Source: Escherichia phage vB_vPM_PD06. Taken from it: a stretch of 64,000 bases of DNA. The stretch lies in sequence record NC_052653.1; one strand, given 5' to 3'. Under the pieces are notes generated by a model, which had not been told where the DNA came from, made no database searches, and saw only the letters and a program-made list of their open reading frames with translations. The number at the start of each line of letters is the position of its first letter. Position 1 is the first letter of the stretch. Shown one piece after another: positions 9,150 to 17,490 of this stretch. Position numbers and translations under genes: made by a program.

Positions 9150-9746
9150 ATGACTCAGAAAATTTCCCTGAAAAAAGGTTCTAGCGAAAAAGTTTCTCTG
9201 AAAAAGATCGCACCAGCACTGAAACGCATTCGTCTGGAATTCTCTTGGAAATCTAACGAAAAACTGGATCTGGATGTTAGTGCTCTGATTTGCCGACACA
9301 ATGCATCTGGTCTGCCGGAACTGTTGTCTCCTCGTCACCTGGTGTGCTACGCGCAGAAATTTGATCCTGAACGTTCTACTTTTGCAGGTGAAGATGTTCG
9401 TGATGGTGTAGGACAGATGGAGCAGATTGATGTTACACTGGATAATATCTCTGCTGAAGCACAGGAAATTGCATTCGTAATTACTATTGATGACGAAACG
9501 GGTAAGAAACGCCTTGGTCACGCTACCGAAGGTTTCCTTAAAATCTTCGATGATGAACGTAATGTTGAACTGCTGGACTTTGACTTCTTGGCTCCAGAAC
9601 TTGCAGGTAACACCATTTGCCACGTTGCCTCCCTGGTGCGAGAAGATAGCGAATGGAAACTGAAAGCGTATGGTGTAGGTAAAGCTGGGCTTGACATTTA
9701 CGATGTAGTTAAAGCGTTTGGCGCTGGCGACGATTGGTTCGAGTAA
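9150..9746 (+). CDS. terD: TerD-domain protein
   Basis: N-terminal ISLKKGSSEKVSLKK, LDLDVSALIC and acidic clusters (FAGEDVRDGVGQMEQIDVTL) match the TerD/TerZ/TerE fold pattern. Codon usage is conspicuously CTG/CGT/CCG/GAA-rich compared with neighbours. Confidence 0.7.
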   Translation: MTQKISLKKGSSEKVSLKKIAPALKRIRLEFSWKSNEKLDLDVSALICRHNASGLPELLSPRHLVCYAQKFDPERSTFAGEDVRDGVGQMEQIDVTLDNISAEAQEIAFVITIDDETGKKRLGHATEGFLKIFDDERNVELLDFDFLAPELAGNTICHVASLVREDSEWKLKAYGVGKAGLDIYDVVKAFGAGDDWFE

Positions 9747-9767
9747 TACGTCAAGTAATAAATCATA

Positions 9768-9790
9768 GCGCCCTTCGGGGCGCATATTTT
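9768..9790 (+). terminator. rho-independent terminator
   Basis: GCGCCC-TTCG-GGGCGC hairpin followed by ATATTTT. Confidence 0.55.
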
Positions 9791-9810
9791 AAATAAAAGA
9801 GGAGAAAACA

Positions 9811-10413
9811 ATGGGTATTACTTTAGAAGGTCAAAAACTTATTCGTAGCGGCAATTTTCTTGTAGATATTGACAACAATGAAGATTATGCTTTAGAAGTT
9901 AGTGATGTGCTGTTTGATGCTTTGCAGTCTGGTTTCAATTTTGAAGTTTATGAAGTAATCCGTGGAACTAAACTCAGAGAAACCCTTGGATCATCTAGTG
10001 ATGTTTATCCGGCAATCTGGCAATATTTCGGGTTGATGGAGGGTAAGACATATCTTACTGATAGTTATTCTGAAGATGTTGTTTATCTTGATATGGAAGA
10101 GTTTCGTCGTCTGTTCAAAAGTGAAGAAAATGAAGAAGAGGGTGAACTTTTTGAAGGAATTACTCTCGAAGGTAATGTTGAAATTGTGTACAAAGCAGGA
10201 AAAACATTCCACCTACGCGAAAACGGTAAAGCAAAAGTTGATTTTGTAAACAAGACAGTGACAACTGAACATAATTATCTTAAAGATGGTCAACCAGCTT
10301 TTGAGCGTGTAAAAATTAAATTTAAAGTGTTGTCTGCACTAGTTACGGATCAAGAACGTATTGATTTTGTAGAAGATGGTGTAGTAACTCATACAAAGGT
10401 TTACAATATCTAA
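9811..10413 (+). CDS. hypothetical protein
   Basis: ORF track; RBS AGAGGAG. Confidence 0.5.
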   Translation: MGITLEGQKLIRSGNFLVDIDNNEDYALEVSDVLFDALQSGFNFEVYEVIRGTKLRETLGSSSDVYPAIWQYFGLMEGKTYLTDSYSEDVVYLDMEEFRRLFKSEENEEEGELFEGITLEGNVEIVYKAGKTFHLRENGKAKVDFVNKTVTTEHNYLKDGQPAFERVKIKFKVLSALVTDQERIDFVEDGVVTHTKVYNI

Positions 10414-10505
10414 CAGAGTGTAAGAGGGGGATAATCCCCCTCCACTTGCAAAATAGCCTCTTCTGTGTTACAATAAAAGTTCGTTTAACAAAATAGGAGG
10501 CAAGT

Positions 10506-11015
10506 TTGTCAATAAAAACCTTTGTCGCAATTGCGTTACTATCCTTAACTGCTTTTACATTTACACCTGTTGTGGCGCAAGCCGAAGCTGCAAACGTAAA
10601 AACTGCTAAAGTAGTTCACAAGTGTACAAAGCGTGATAGTAAAGAAAATCTATTAGCTTGTGCAATCTATGCAGAAAGTCGTAATCAAGGAAAGCGCGGT
10701 ATGTCTGCTGTTGGTAATGTAGTATTGAATAGGGCTAGAGATTCATATTTCCCTGATACTATAAAAGAAGTTTTGTTTCAGAAAGGACAATTCTCTTACA
10801 CGAAGACATTCAACGTTATGGAACACGATAAGTGGAAGGAAGCTAAGGCTATAGCAGAACGTCTACTTTATCTCGATAACCATTTTCCAGAACTACGAAT
10901 TGCATTAGATATTACAAAAGGAGCATTATACTTTAAAAAATCTACAATAAGAGCACACTGGGAAAAAGATATGGTTCTAGTGTACCGCTACAAAGAACAT
11001 CAATTCTATCGCTAA
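10506..11015 (+). CDS. secreted SleB-type cell-wall hydrolase; endolysin candidate
   Basis: TTG start after AGGAGG; N-terminal signal peptide (AFTFTPVVAQAEA); CAIYAESRNQGKRGMSAVGNVVLNRA and QKGQFS resemble the SleB/Hydrolase_2 family. Confidence 0.55.
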   Translation: MSIKTFVAIALLSLTAFTFTPVVAQAEAANVKTAKVVHKCTKRDSKENLLACAIYAESRNQGKRGMSAVGNVVLNRARDSYFPDTIKEVLFQKGQFSYTKTFNVMEHDKWKEAKAIAERLLYLDNHFPELRIALDITKGALYFKKSTIRAHWEKDMVLVYRYKEHQFYR

Positions 11016-11025
11016 GGAGATATAG

Positions 11026-11304
11026 ATGAAAGATGGCGTTATCGTTGCAAGTTATCTTGTTATTGGTCTTACAGAAGAGGATGTACATTACATTAGGAAA
11101 CATTTAGAACAGTTTGCAATGATGTTCATCGAAGACGAAGACAATGTGGATGTTTATTCAATTGAAATGATCAATGATAACGTCTATCCTTGTATAGCTT
11201 TACGAGTCGATGAAGATGTTTGGGAACGTTTTTCACGTAGTCACGATAATGTTGAATGTTCTATGGTTATGTCACAAAACAACATACTGGGAGTGTTACA
11301 CTGA
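11026..11304 (+). CDS. hypothetical protein
   Basis: ORF track; RBS AAGGAG. Confidence 0.4.
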   Translation: MKDGVIVASYLVIGLTEEDVHYIRKHLEQFAMMFIEDEDNVDVYSIEMINDNVYPCIALRVDEDVWERFSRSHDNVECSMVMSQNNILGVLH

Positions 11305-11534
11305 TGGCTGATGTTATTGAAGTTAACTTTAAAACAAAAAAGAAAGTTGATAAGTATACAATCTTAAAAAATATTTGCGTTGTGTGCTTCAATTCTGTAA
11401 TATATGACTCACGTAAGGGCGAAGATGAAAATGAACCTTACATCCAGATTTCTAAAGGTAAAGGGCAGTGTATCTGCAAAAACTGTGCTGTAGCAATTAA
11501 GGAGGTTGTAGATGAAAACCATTGGGATCAATGA
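11304..11534 (+). CDS. hypothetical Cys-rich small protein (possible zinc ribbon)
   Basis: Start set at internal ATG 11304; contains CVVC and CICKNC pairs. Confidence 0.35.
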   Translation: MADVIEVNFKTKKKVDKYTILKNICVVCFNSVIYDSRKGEDENEPYIQISKGKGQCICKNCAVAIKEVVDENHWDQ

Positions 11535-11706
11535 TACTGGTGAAGTTGTAAAATCTTGGGATGATCTTAGTGGTATCCCTACAGATAAACTGATTAAACT
11601 GCGTGATGTTTGTCGTGATCATCTTAATGAAACATATAAAGAGTATATGGAAGCACGAGATCACAGTTTAGCTATCCAAATGGAACTCGCAAAACGTAAT
11701 CAATAG
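11512..11706 (+). CDS. hypothetical small protein
   Basis: ORF track; RBS AAGGAGG. Confidence 0.4.
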   Translation: MKTIGINDTGEVVKSWDDLSGIPTDKLIKLRDVCRDHLNETYKEYMEARDHSLAIQMELAKRNQ

Positions 11707-11763
11707 GTAAAACCATTTGGACTTTTTAGTCTAAAAATGCTAAAGTAATAATACGGAGGGAGT

Positions 11764-12327
11764 ATGATATTTCACATAACTCCCTATCTTTCTGGAGATA
11801 TTGGAAAAGGTATCAATGACACAATAAGTGTCTTACCAGAAGATAGTTGGATTTGCCTAAGAGACATTGATACAATGTTTCTTCTTCCAGAACAACCTGC
11901 TTGGTTGGAATCAATAGTCCGTTCAAATCCTGATTTTGATGTTCTTGGTGCATCTTGTAATAGATTGGGATCAACATATCAATTATTTAATAATGAAAGA
12001 AGTGAAGATCCAAATATATTACACCACATTGAGATTGCAAAAAGAGCACATCTAGAATGGGGAAACTCAATAGAGGAAGTACCTACAGATGCTATCTTAG
12101 CAGGATTCTTTCTTCTCTTTCGTAAGAGTCTGTGGAATGAAATCCCTTTTGAGGAAAGATCAATACAGTTTGATATAATTTTCTCTAAAGCATTACACGC
12201 TAACAATAAAAGGCTAGGTTTACTACGTGGGTTATATTTATTTCACACATACCGTTTAGGTAATGATGATCCTAGAAAAGCTGTTTCACACCTTTTACAT
12301 TGTCAAGACATGAATAAAATTATTTAA
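11764..12327 (+). CDS. hypothetical protein
   Basis: ORF track; RBS GGAGGGAG. Confidence 0.45.
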   Translation: MIFHITPYLSGDIGKGINDTISVLPEDSWICLRDIDTMFLLPEQPAWLESIVRSNPDFDVLGASCNRLGSTYQLFNNERSEDPNILHHIEIAKRAHLEWGNSIEEVPTDAILAGFFLLFRKSLWNEIPFEERSIQFDIIFSKALHANNKRLGLLRGLYLFHTYRLGNDDPRKAVSHLLHCQDMNKII

Positions 12328-12336
12328 GGAGTTATT

Positions 12337-13023
12337 TTGGAAAATACAAAAATTGGTGTTGGTGTTATTACTGTAGGTAAGCGTCCTCTTAAAGATTATC
12401 TTGTGACTGATCCTAATGCTACTTTTGTTGTGCAGTATGATCGGGAACGAAAAGGTGTTGCATATGCCCGTAATGAACTGATGAAAAAGTTTTATGATGA
12501 AGGGTATGATTACTGGTTTATTTTTGATGATGATTGCTATCCGGTTGTGCCAGGTTGGGAAACATATTTTGTAAAACAGGCTAAGGAAAATGGTTGGGAT
12601 TTCTTTGGTATGCCTGAATATTTTAAAGATAAAGTAAAAGGTATTGAGGGTGAAGTGGTTATTTGGGAACTAGGTATGTGTCAGTTTGGTATGTATTCCC
12701 GTGCAGTTATTGAGAAAGCTGGCTATTTCCGCTCATACACCCACGGTTATGGATATGAAGATGCAGAGTGGATTCAGCGCGTTCCACTGGCAGGTTTGAA
12801 CCGAGGTATTCAGGGCGTACCATGTCCTATTCGAATTATGGCGTTTATCCATCCTGACGATGTGTTTGGAGATAATCCTTTACCTTTTGCGAATCTGTCA
12901 AAAGAAGAGAAAGAACAGGGGATTGGTGTAAACTGGGAACAATATAAACAATCACTGGAGGATCTTCGCAATGGTAAAACTTTTATCTCTTATGAGGAGG
13001 CTCAAAAATATGGTAAGTGCTAA
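12337..13023 (+). CDS. hypothetical protein, possible DXD-type glycosyltransferase
   Basis: TTG start with AAGGA RBS; DYWFIFDDDCYP could be a DXD motif. Weak call. Confidence 0.3.
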   Translation: MENTKIGVGVITVGKRPLKDYLVTDPNATFVVQYDRERKGVAYARNELMKKFYDEGYDYWFIFDDDCYPVVPGWETYFVKQAKENGWDFFGMPEYFKDKVKGIEGEVVIWELGMCQFGMYSRAVIEKAGYFRSYTHGYGYEDAEWIQRVPLAGLNRGIQGVPCPIRIMAFIHPDDVFGDNPLPFANLSKEEKEQGIGVNWEQYKQSLEDLRNGKTFISYEEAQKYGKC

Positions 13024-13984
13024 TACTCCTGTACTTAAGTGTGATAATAAGTTAGGCAGTGGTTGTGATTACCATCGTATTGTAATGCCGTTTGCGGGAA
13101 ATACGTTCAAACCTAAGAAAGACGTTTTAGTTTTTAATAGAGTGTACTCTCGTGGATCAGACGAGGTTAAACGCCTGAAGGCACAAGGTGTTAAGATTAT
13201 TGTTGACTTAGATGACTTTTATTCACTTAATCCTGAACATTATATGGCTGGCGTATTTACTAATCACTCAAAGACTATTGTAGAGATGGTTAAGTTAGCA
13301 GATGTTGTTACAGTAACAACAGAATACCTGGCTTACAAAATTCGTCATTTAAACCGTAATGTTGTCGTTATTAGAAACGCACTACCTTACGACGAAGGTC
13401 AATTTACTTTGACAAAAGACCGTTATTCTGACACGCCTATTATTTGGGCTGGAGGAGCAAGCCATGAACCTGATTTATCTCTTGTAGCTAATACATTTGA
13501 TGATACACTATTGACAATTGCAGGGTATGAAGTGTATCCTTCTGCACCTGTTGGAAATAATAGTCAGTATCTAACTACTGCGGAGTGGGTTAAAATAAAA
13601 CGTAAAATTCCAAATGCACAGTATAAACCAGCTATTAAAAATTTAGGTGAGTATATGTCTGTGTATGACGGTCACAGTATTGCAATTGCTCCTCTGGTAG
13701 ATAATGACTTCAACAACTGTAAAAGCAATTTGAAGATTTTGGAAGCAGGTGCAAAGGGTCTTCCTATTATCTGTTCTCCTGTGCTGCCGTACTTCAATCC
13801 GGTAGATGCAAAGGCTGTTATTTATGCAGACTCTAAAGCATCTTGGCATTATGAAGTTGTCAAGCTAATGAGGAACCCTAGATACACAGAAGATCGTGGT
13901 ATGATGCTTGCAGAACACGTTCGTCTTAATTATAATCTTGCAGATGCCAATGAACTGCGTCGTCAAGTTATTGAAAGTCTTTAA
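13010..13984 (+). CDS. glycosyltransferase-like protein, paralog 1
   Basis: Start set at ATG 13010 (GAGGAGG RBS). Shares blocks with the next gene (CDYHRIVMPF vs CDFHRIILPY; IAPLVDNDFNNCKSNLKILEAGAKGLPIICSP vs IAPLVNNHFNNAKSNLKILEAGAKGLPLVCSP); the last block resembles the C-terminal E..G motif of GT-B glycosyltransferases. Confidence 0.45.
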   Translation: MVSANTPVLKCDNKLGSGCDYHRIVMPFAGNTFKPKKDVLVFNRVYSRGSDEVKRLKAQGVKIIVDLDDFYSLNPEHYMAGVFTNHSKTIVEMVKLADVVTVTTEYLAYKIRHLNRNVVVIRNALPYDEGQFTLTKDRYSDTPIIWAGGASHEPDLSLVANTFDDTLLTIAGYEVYPSAPVGNNSQYLTTAEWVKIKRKIPNAQYKPAIKNLGEYMSVYDGHSIAIAPLVDNDFNNCKSNLKILEAGAKGLPIICSPVLPYFNPVDAKAVIYADSKASWHYEVVKLMRNPRYTEDRGMMLAEHVRLNYNLADANELRRQVIESL

Positions 13985-13995
13985 CAAGGAGCCAT

Positions 13996-14940
13996 ATGCC
14001 TAATATTATTCTTGACACACGTGGACATGAGAGGTATAGTGTATGTGATTTTCATAGAATCATTTTGCCATATAAACGCAAACTGACCATTAATCCTAAG
14101 CATAATATTTTTGTGTTCAATGGAGTACCAACTCGTGGAAAGCCAGGTTTCCTGGCTCTTAAACAACTTGGGTTTAAATTGGTAATGGATCTGGATGATT
14201 CTTTAATTATTCCTGAAGGGCATATGCTTGAAGGATTATTTGAAAATCAAATCCGAGATGACCTAAAATGGTTCCTTGAAAGAAGCGATCTTGTAACTAC
14301 AACAACTCCAGCATTAAAGGTTGAATTAAGCCAATACAATGATAATGTACATATTGTGCCTAACGGACTACCTTTTGATGAAGGACAGTTTGTTCTTACG
14401 AAAGATCGTTATTCTAAAAGTCCACTGGTTTGGGCGGGAAGTGAAACACATAAACATGATTTAGCAATTCTCCCTGCTTTTGGTAAAGAGTTAACTTTAT
14501 GTGGATTTCGTAGAGATCACGAAGAGTTAAGTAGTGCTCAATGGTTGCAAATTAAAGAAGAGATTCAACCAGATTGTGTTTATGAAGGTATTCGTCCTTA
14601 TGAGTGTTATATGGAAGCATACGATGGTCATCAAATCTCCATAGCTCCATTAGTAAATAATCATTTTAATAATGCCAAAAGTAATTTAAAAATTCTTGAA
14701 GCTGGTGCTAAAGGTTTGCCACTCGTTTGTTCACCAAGAGAGAACTATTATACTGAAGAGTTTAAAGATCTAATCTTCTTTGCTGATTCAGTTAAAGAGT
14801 GGAAAGATATTGTAGAATACTTAATCGAATCTCCTGATGTTTGTATTGAGAAAGGATTGGCTCTTGCTAAGTATGTAAGAGATAACTACAATATTGATGA
14901 TTTAAATGAAACCCGCAGACTGCTTATCGAGGATTTATAA
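13996..14940 (+). CDS. glycosyltransferase-like protein, paralog 2
   Basis: Tandem paralog of 13010..13984 with the same conserved blocks; RBS AAGGAG. Confidence 0.45.
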   Translation: MPNIILDTRGHERYSVCDFHRIILPYKRKLTINPKHNIFVFNGVPTRGKPGFLALKQLGFKLVMDLDDSLIIPEGHMLEGLFENQIRDDLKWFLERSDLVTTTTPALKVELSQYNDNVHIVPNGLPFDEGQFVLTKDRYSKSPLVWAGSETHKHDLAILPAFGKELTLCGFRRDHEELSSAQWLQIKEEIQPDCVYEGIRPYECYMEAYDGHQISIAPLVNNHFNNAKSNLKILEAGAKGLPLVCSPRENYYTEEFKDLIFFADSVKEWKDIVEYLIESPDVCIEKGLALAKYVRDNYNIDDLNETRRLLIEDL

Positions 14941-15209
14941 TGAACACTTTTGATTTTGAGTATAAACAAGATAATAAAGAACCTATTATTGTTGAAGTAG
15001 ATTACTATTATGAAGAACCTAATCCTTTCTCACGAGAAAGTGATTGGGATTATTATGGTGGCCTTATTGTTGATGGTATTAGGTTCTATTCTGGTACAAA
15101 AGAACTTTTTGATATAGATATTTCCCCATCGGAAATTGTTTACCAATTTAAGAAACATATGGAAGATTTGGAAATGCAATATATTATGGAGACAAACGAA
15201 TCATTTTAG
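14940..15209 (+). CDS. hypothetical acidic small protein
   Basis: ORF track; ATG overlaps the upstream stop. Confidence 0.4.
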   Translation: MNTFDFEYKQDNKEPIIVEVDYYYEEPNPFSRESDWDYYGGLIVDGIRFYSGTKELFDIDISPSEIVYQFKKHMEDLEMQYIMETNESF

Positions 15210-15221
15210 TAGGAGAATCAT

Positions 15222-16994
15222 GTGTCTTATGTTGTAAATAAATATGGGTATAACATTGACCTAAGTCAAGAAGGACATACTGGGTGTCCTCGTTGTATGA
15301 AAGGAGGGCGTGATCGATCACAAAACAATTTGATGGTATACGGCTTAGATGCCGATGAAGACCATCGAGGCGCACATTGTTTTTCTTGTGGCTTTACTAT
15401 CCCTGATCAAAAATGGTTAAATGCACACGGCGAAGAAATTGAAGAGGAGGATATCTTGGGTAGTGAGTTTAATCCAGAAGTACATGATAAACTAAAAGCC
15501 AGCACTGGAACTAATCCAAAAGGTTATCGCGGTATTCGTGAAGATATCTCTAAACCTTTCGGTGTACGCTATATGTACGATGAAGCTACTGGCGAAGTAA
15601 TTTCAACACTATACCCTACAACTAAAGATTACAATATTGCTGGGTATAAACAACGTATTGATCCAAAAGATTTTTCGCATCCTATCGGTGAAACAGGAAA
15701 GGATTGTGATCTCTTTGGGGAGTTTAAATATCGTAACCACAGCGGTACTATTCTAATCGTTGGTGGTGAACACGATATGCTGGCTGCAACACAGATGCTA
15801 AAAGATTATAACAAGGGCGGTAAATATCCTGTTCCTGCTGTAGTATCTGGTACTTGTGGCGAAACATCTCTGCATAAGCAGCTTCAACATCGTTATAAAT
15901 TCTTAGATCAATTTAAAAAGATTGTTCTGTGTATGGATAATGATGAAGCTGGACGTGCAGCAGTTGAGAAATGTGTTAAAATCTTACCACGTAATAAAGT
16001 TTACGTGATGGAACTAACAGATGTTAAAGATCCTAACCAGGCACTAGTAGAAGGAAAAATTGATCACTTTCTTGATCGCTTTTTCAAAGCTAAACTGTAC
16101 ACACCTGCTGGTGTTTATGCTTCTAACGTACTGTATGAAGCAGCCTTGGAATGTCTGGAAGCTAAAATGATTACTCTTCCTCCATTCATGCGTGTTGCTT
16201 CTAATATGTTAGGTGGAGGCTTGGTAGAAGAAGAAATTACTGTTATACTTGCAAAAACAAGTATTGGTAAGACACTGTTGGTTAACGAGATTACGAAACA
16301 CATTATTCTTGCACACCCAGAACATACTCTTGGTATTTTATCTTTGGAGGCAACGTATAAGAAGTATTCTCGTAACTTACTGTCTTCATTCTTGCACATC
16401 CCTCTTCACCGTAAAACAAAAGAAGAGAAGGAAAAGATTTTAAAAGATAATGAAGAAAAGATTCGTGATTTTTACGAACGAGAAGATGGAACACCACGTT
16501 TCTATGTTTGTGATGATCGTGGAGCTAACGTAGATGTGATTAAAGAGAAGGTTCTGGAAATGATTATTTATTTCGGAGTAACCATTCTTGTTATCGACCC
16601 TTATTCTGATTTGCTTTCTGGTATGGACGTGTCACAACAAGAGGAACTTGCGACGTGGCTCAAACGCATTATGAAAGAGTACGCAATTACCATTGTTGTA
16701 ATTTCACACGTTAAAAAGTCTTCTAACAATAGTAATGAACATATTGTAGAAGATGATGCAATGGGTAGTAGCTTCCTTGCTAAAGGTGCTGGTATCACAA
16801 TTGCGCTGGAGCGTGATAAACAAGCTGAAGATCCTATGGAACGTAACCGCACATATTGCTACATTCTAAAGAACCGTGAGTTCTCAGAGACTGGTGCAGC
16901 AGGTAGTTTCTTCTATGAGATTAAAACAGCTACACTTCACGATTACGATCAATACACAAGTAACCCAGAGAATATTCCTGATGGTTCTTATTAA
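15222..16994 (+). CDS. DNA primase-helicase (zinc ribbon, TOPRIM and DnaB-like helicase domains)
   Basis: GTG start after AGGAGA. N-terminal Cys4 zinc ribbon (CPRCMKGG...CFSCGF); TOPRIM-like acidic blocks (IVGGEHD, CMDNDEAG); P-loop AKTSIGKT; Walker-B-like ILVIDPYSD. Confidence 0.75.
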   Translation: MSYVVNKYGYNIDLSQEGHTGCPRCMKGGRDRSQNNLMVYGLDADEDHRGAHCFSCGFTIPDQKWLNAHGEEIEEEDILGSEFNPEVHDKLKASTGTNPKGYRGIREDISKPFGVRYMYDEATGEVISTLYPTTKDYNIAGYKQRIDPKDFSHPIGETGKDCDLFGEFKYRNHSGTILIVGGEHDMLAATQMLKDYNKGGKYPVPAVVSGTCGETSLHKQLQHRYKFLDQFKKIVLCMDNDEAGRAAVEKCVKILPRNKVYVMELTDVKDPNQALVEGKIDHFLDRFFKAKLYTPAGVYASNVLYEAALECLEAKMITLPPFMRVASNMLGGGLVEEEITVILAKTSIGKTLLVNEITKHIILAHPEHTLGILSLEATYKKYSRNLLSSFLHIPLHRKTKEEKEKILKDNEEKIRDFYEREDGTPRFYVCDDRGANVDVIKEKVLEMIIYFGVTILVIDPYSDLLSGMDVSQQEELATWLKRIMKEYAITIVVISHVKKSSNNSNEHIVEDDAMGSSFLAKGAGITIALERDKQAEDPMERNRTYCYILKNREFSETGAAGSFFYEIKTATLHDYDQYTSNPENIPDGSY

Positions 16995-17004
16995 GGAGAG
17001 AAAT

Positions 17005-17400
17005 ATGAAAGACAACGAAAATATCCTCTATGGGGTATCCCCTTCTGCGTTAGGGTATGATTATACGAAAACTGTTGCTAAGTTTAAATTTCAAGATGGA
17101 TCGGAGTTAGAACCATATGGTTATGCTTATGGTGAACATTTGTGGTTTGAGGATGGTTGCCTATACCTTCTCATTCAAACTACCAGTGGTTTTGTGGGAG
17201 AGCTTGTAGATCGTATGCTGAAAAATGTTAGTGATAAAGTTGTTCTTGATATCGCTAGTAAGGATGAAAACATTAATAACATTGTTTCCACTTTTAGTGG
17301 CTTAACAGGGACAGTTAAAATTGACCGTGTAGGCTTGAGAAATACCAATGGTGTCCCTAATTGCCTTATTAAAGTACAATTAAGTGCTGACAATAAATAA
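17005..17400 (+). CDS. hypothetical protein
   Basis: Start set at ATG 17005 (GGAGAG RBS); listed ORF 16876 overlaps the primase-helicase. Confidence 0.45.
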   Translation: MKDNENILYGVSPSALGYDYTKTVAKFKFQDGSELEPYGYAYGEHLWFEDGCLYLLIQTTSGFVGELVDRMLKNVSDKVVLDIASKDENINNIVSTFSGLTGTVKIDRVGLRNTNGVPNCLIKVQLSADNK

Positions 17401-17404
17401 CAAG

Positions 17405-17425
17405 AAGGGGCGAAAGCCCCTTTAC
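17405..17425 (+). terminator. rho-independent terminator (GGGGC-GAAA-GCCCC)
   Basis: Perfect hairpin followed by TTT; the same hairpin recurs at 28570-28583. Confidence 0.5.
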
Positions 17426-17490
17426 AAAACAATTAATTTATGGTACAGTATTAACAAATTAAGACTTTAGAAATATTTTAAGGAGGGAGA

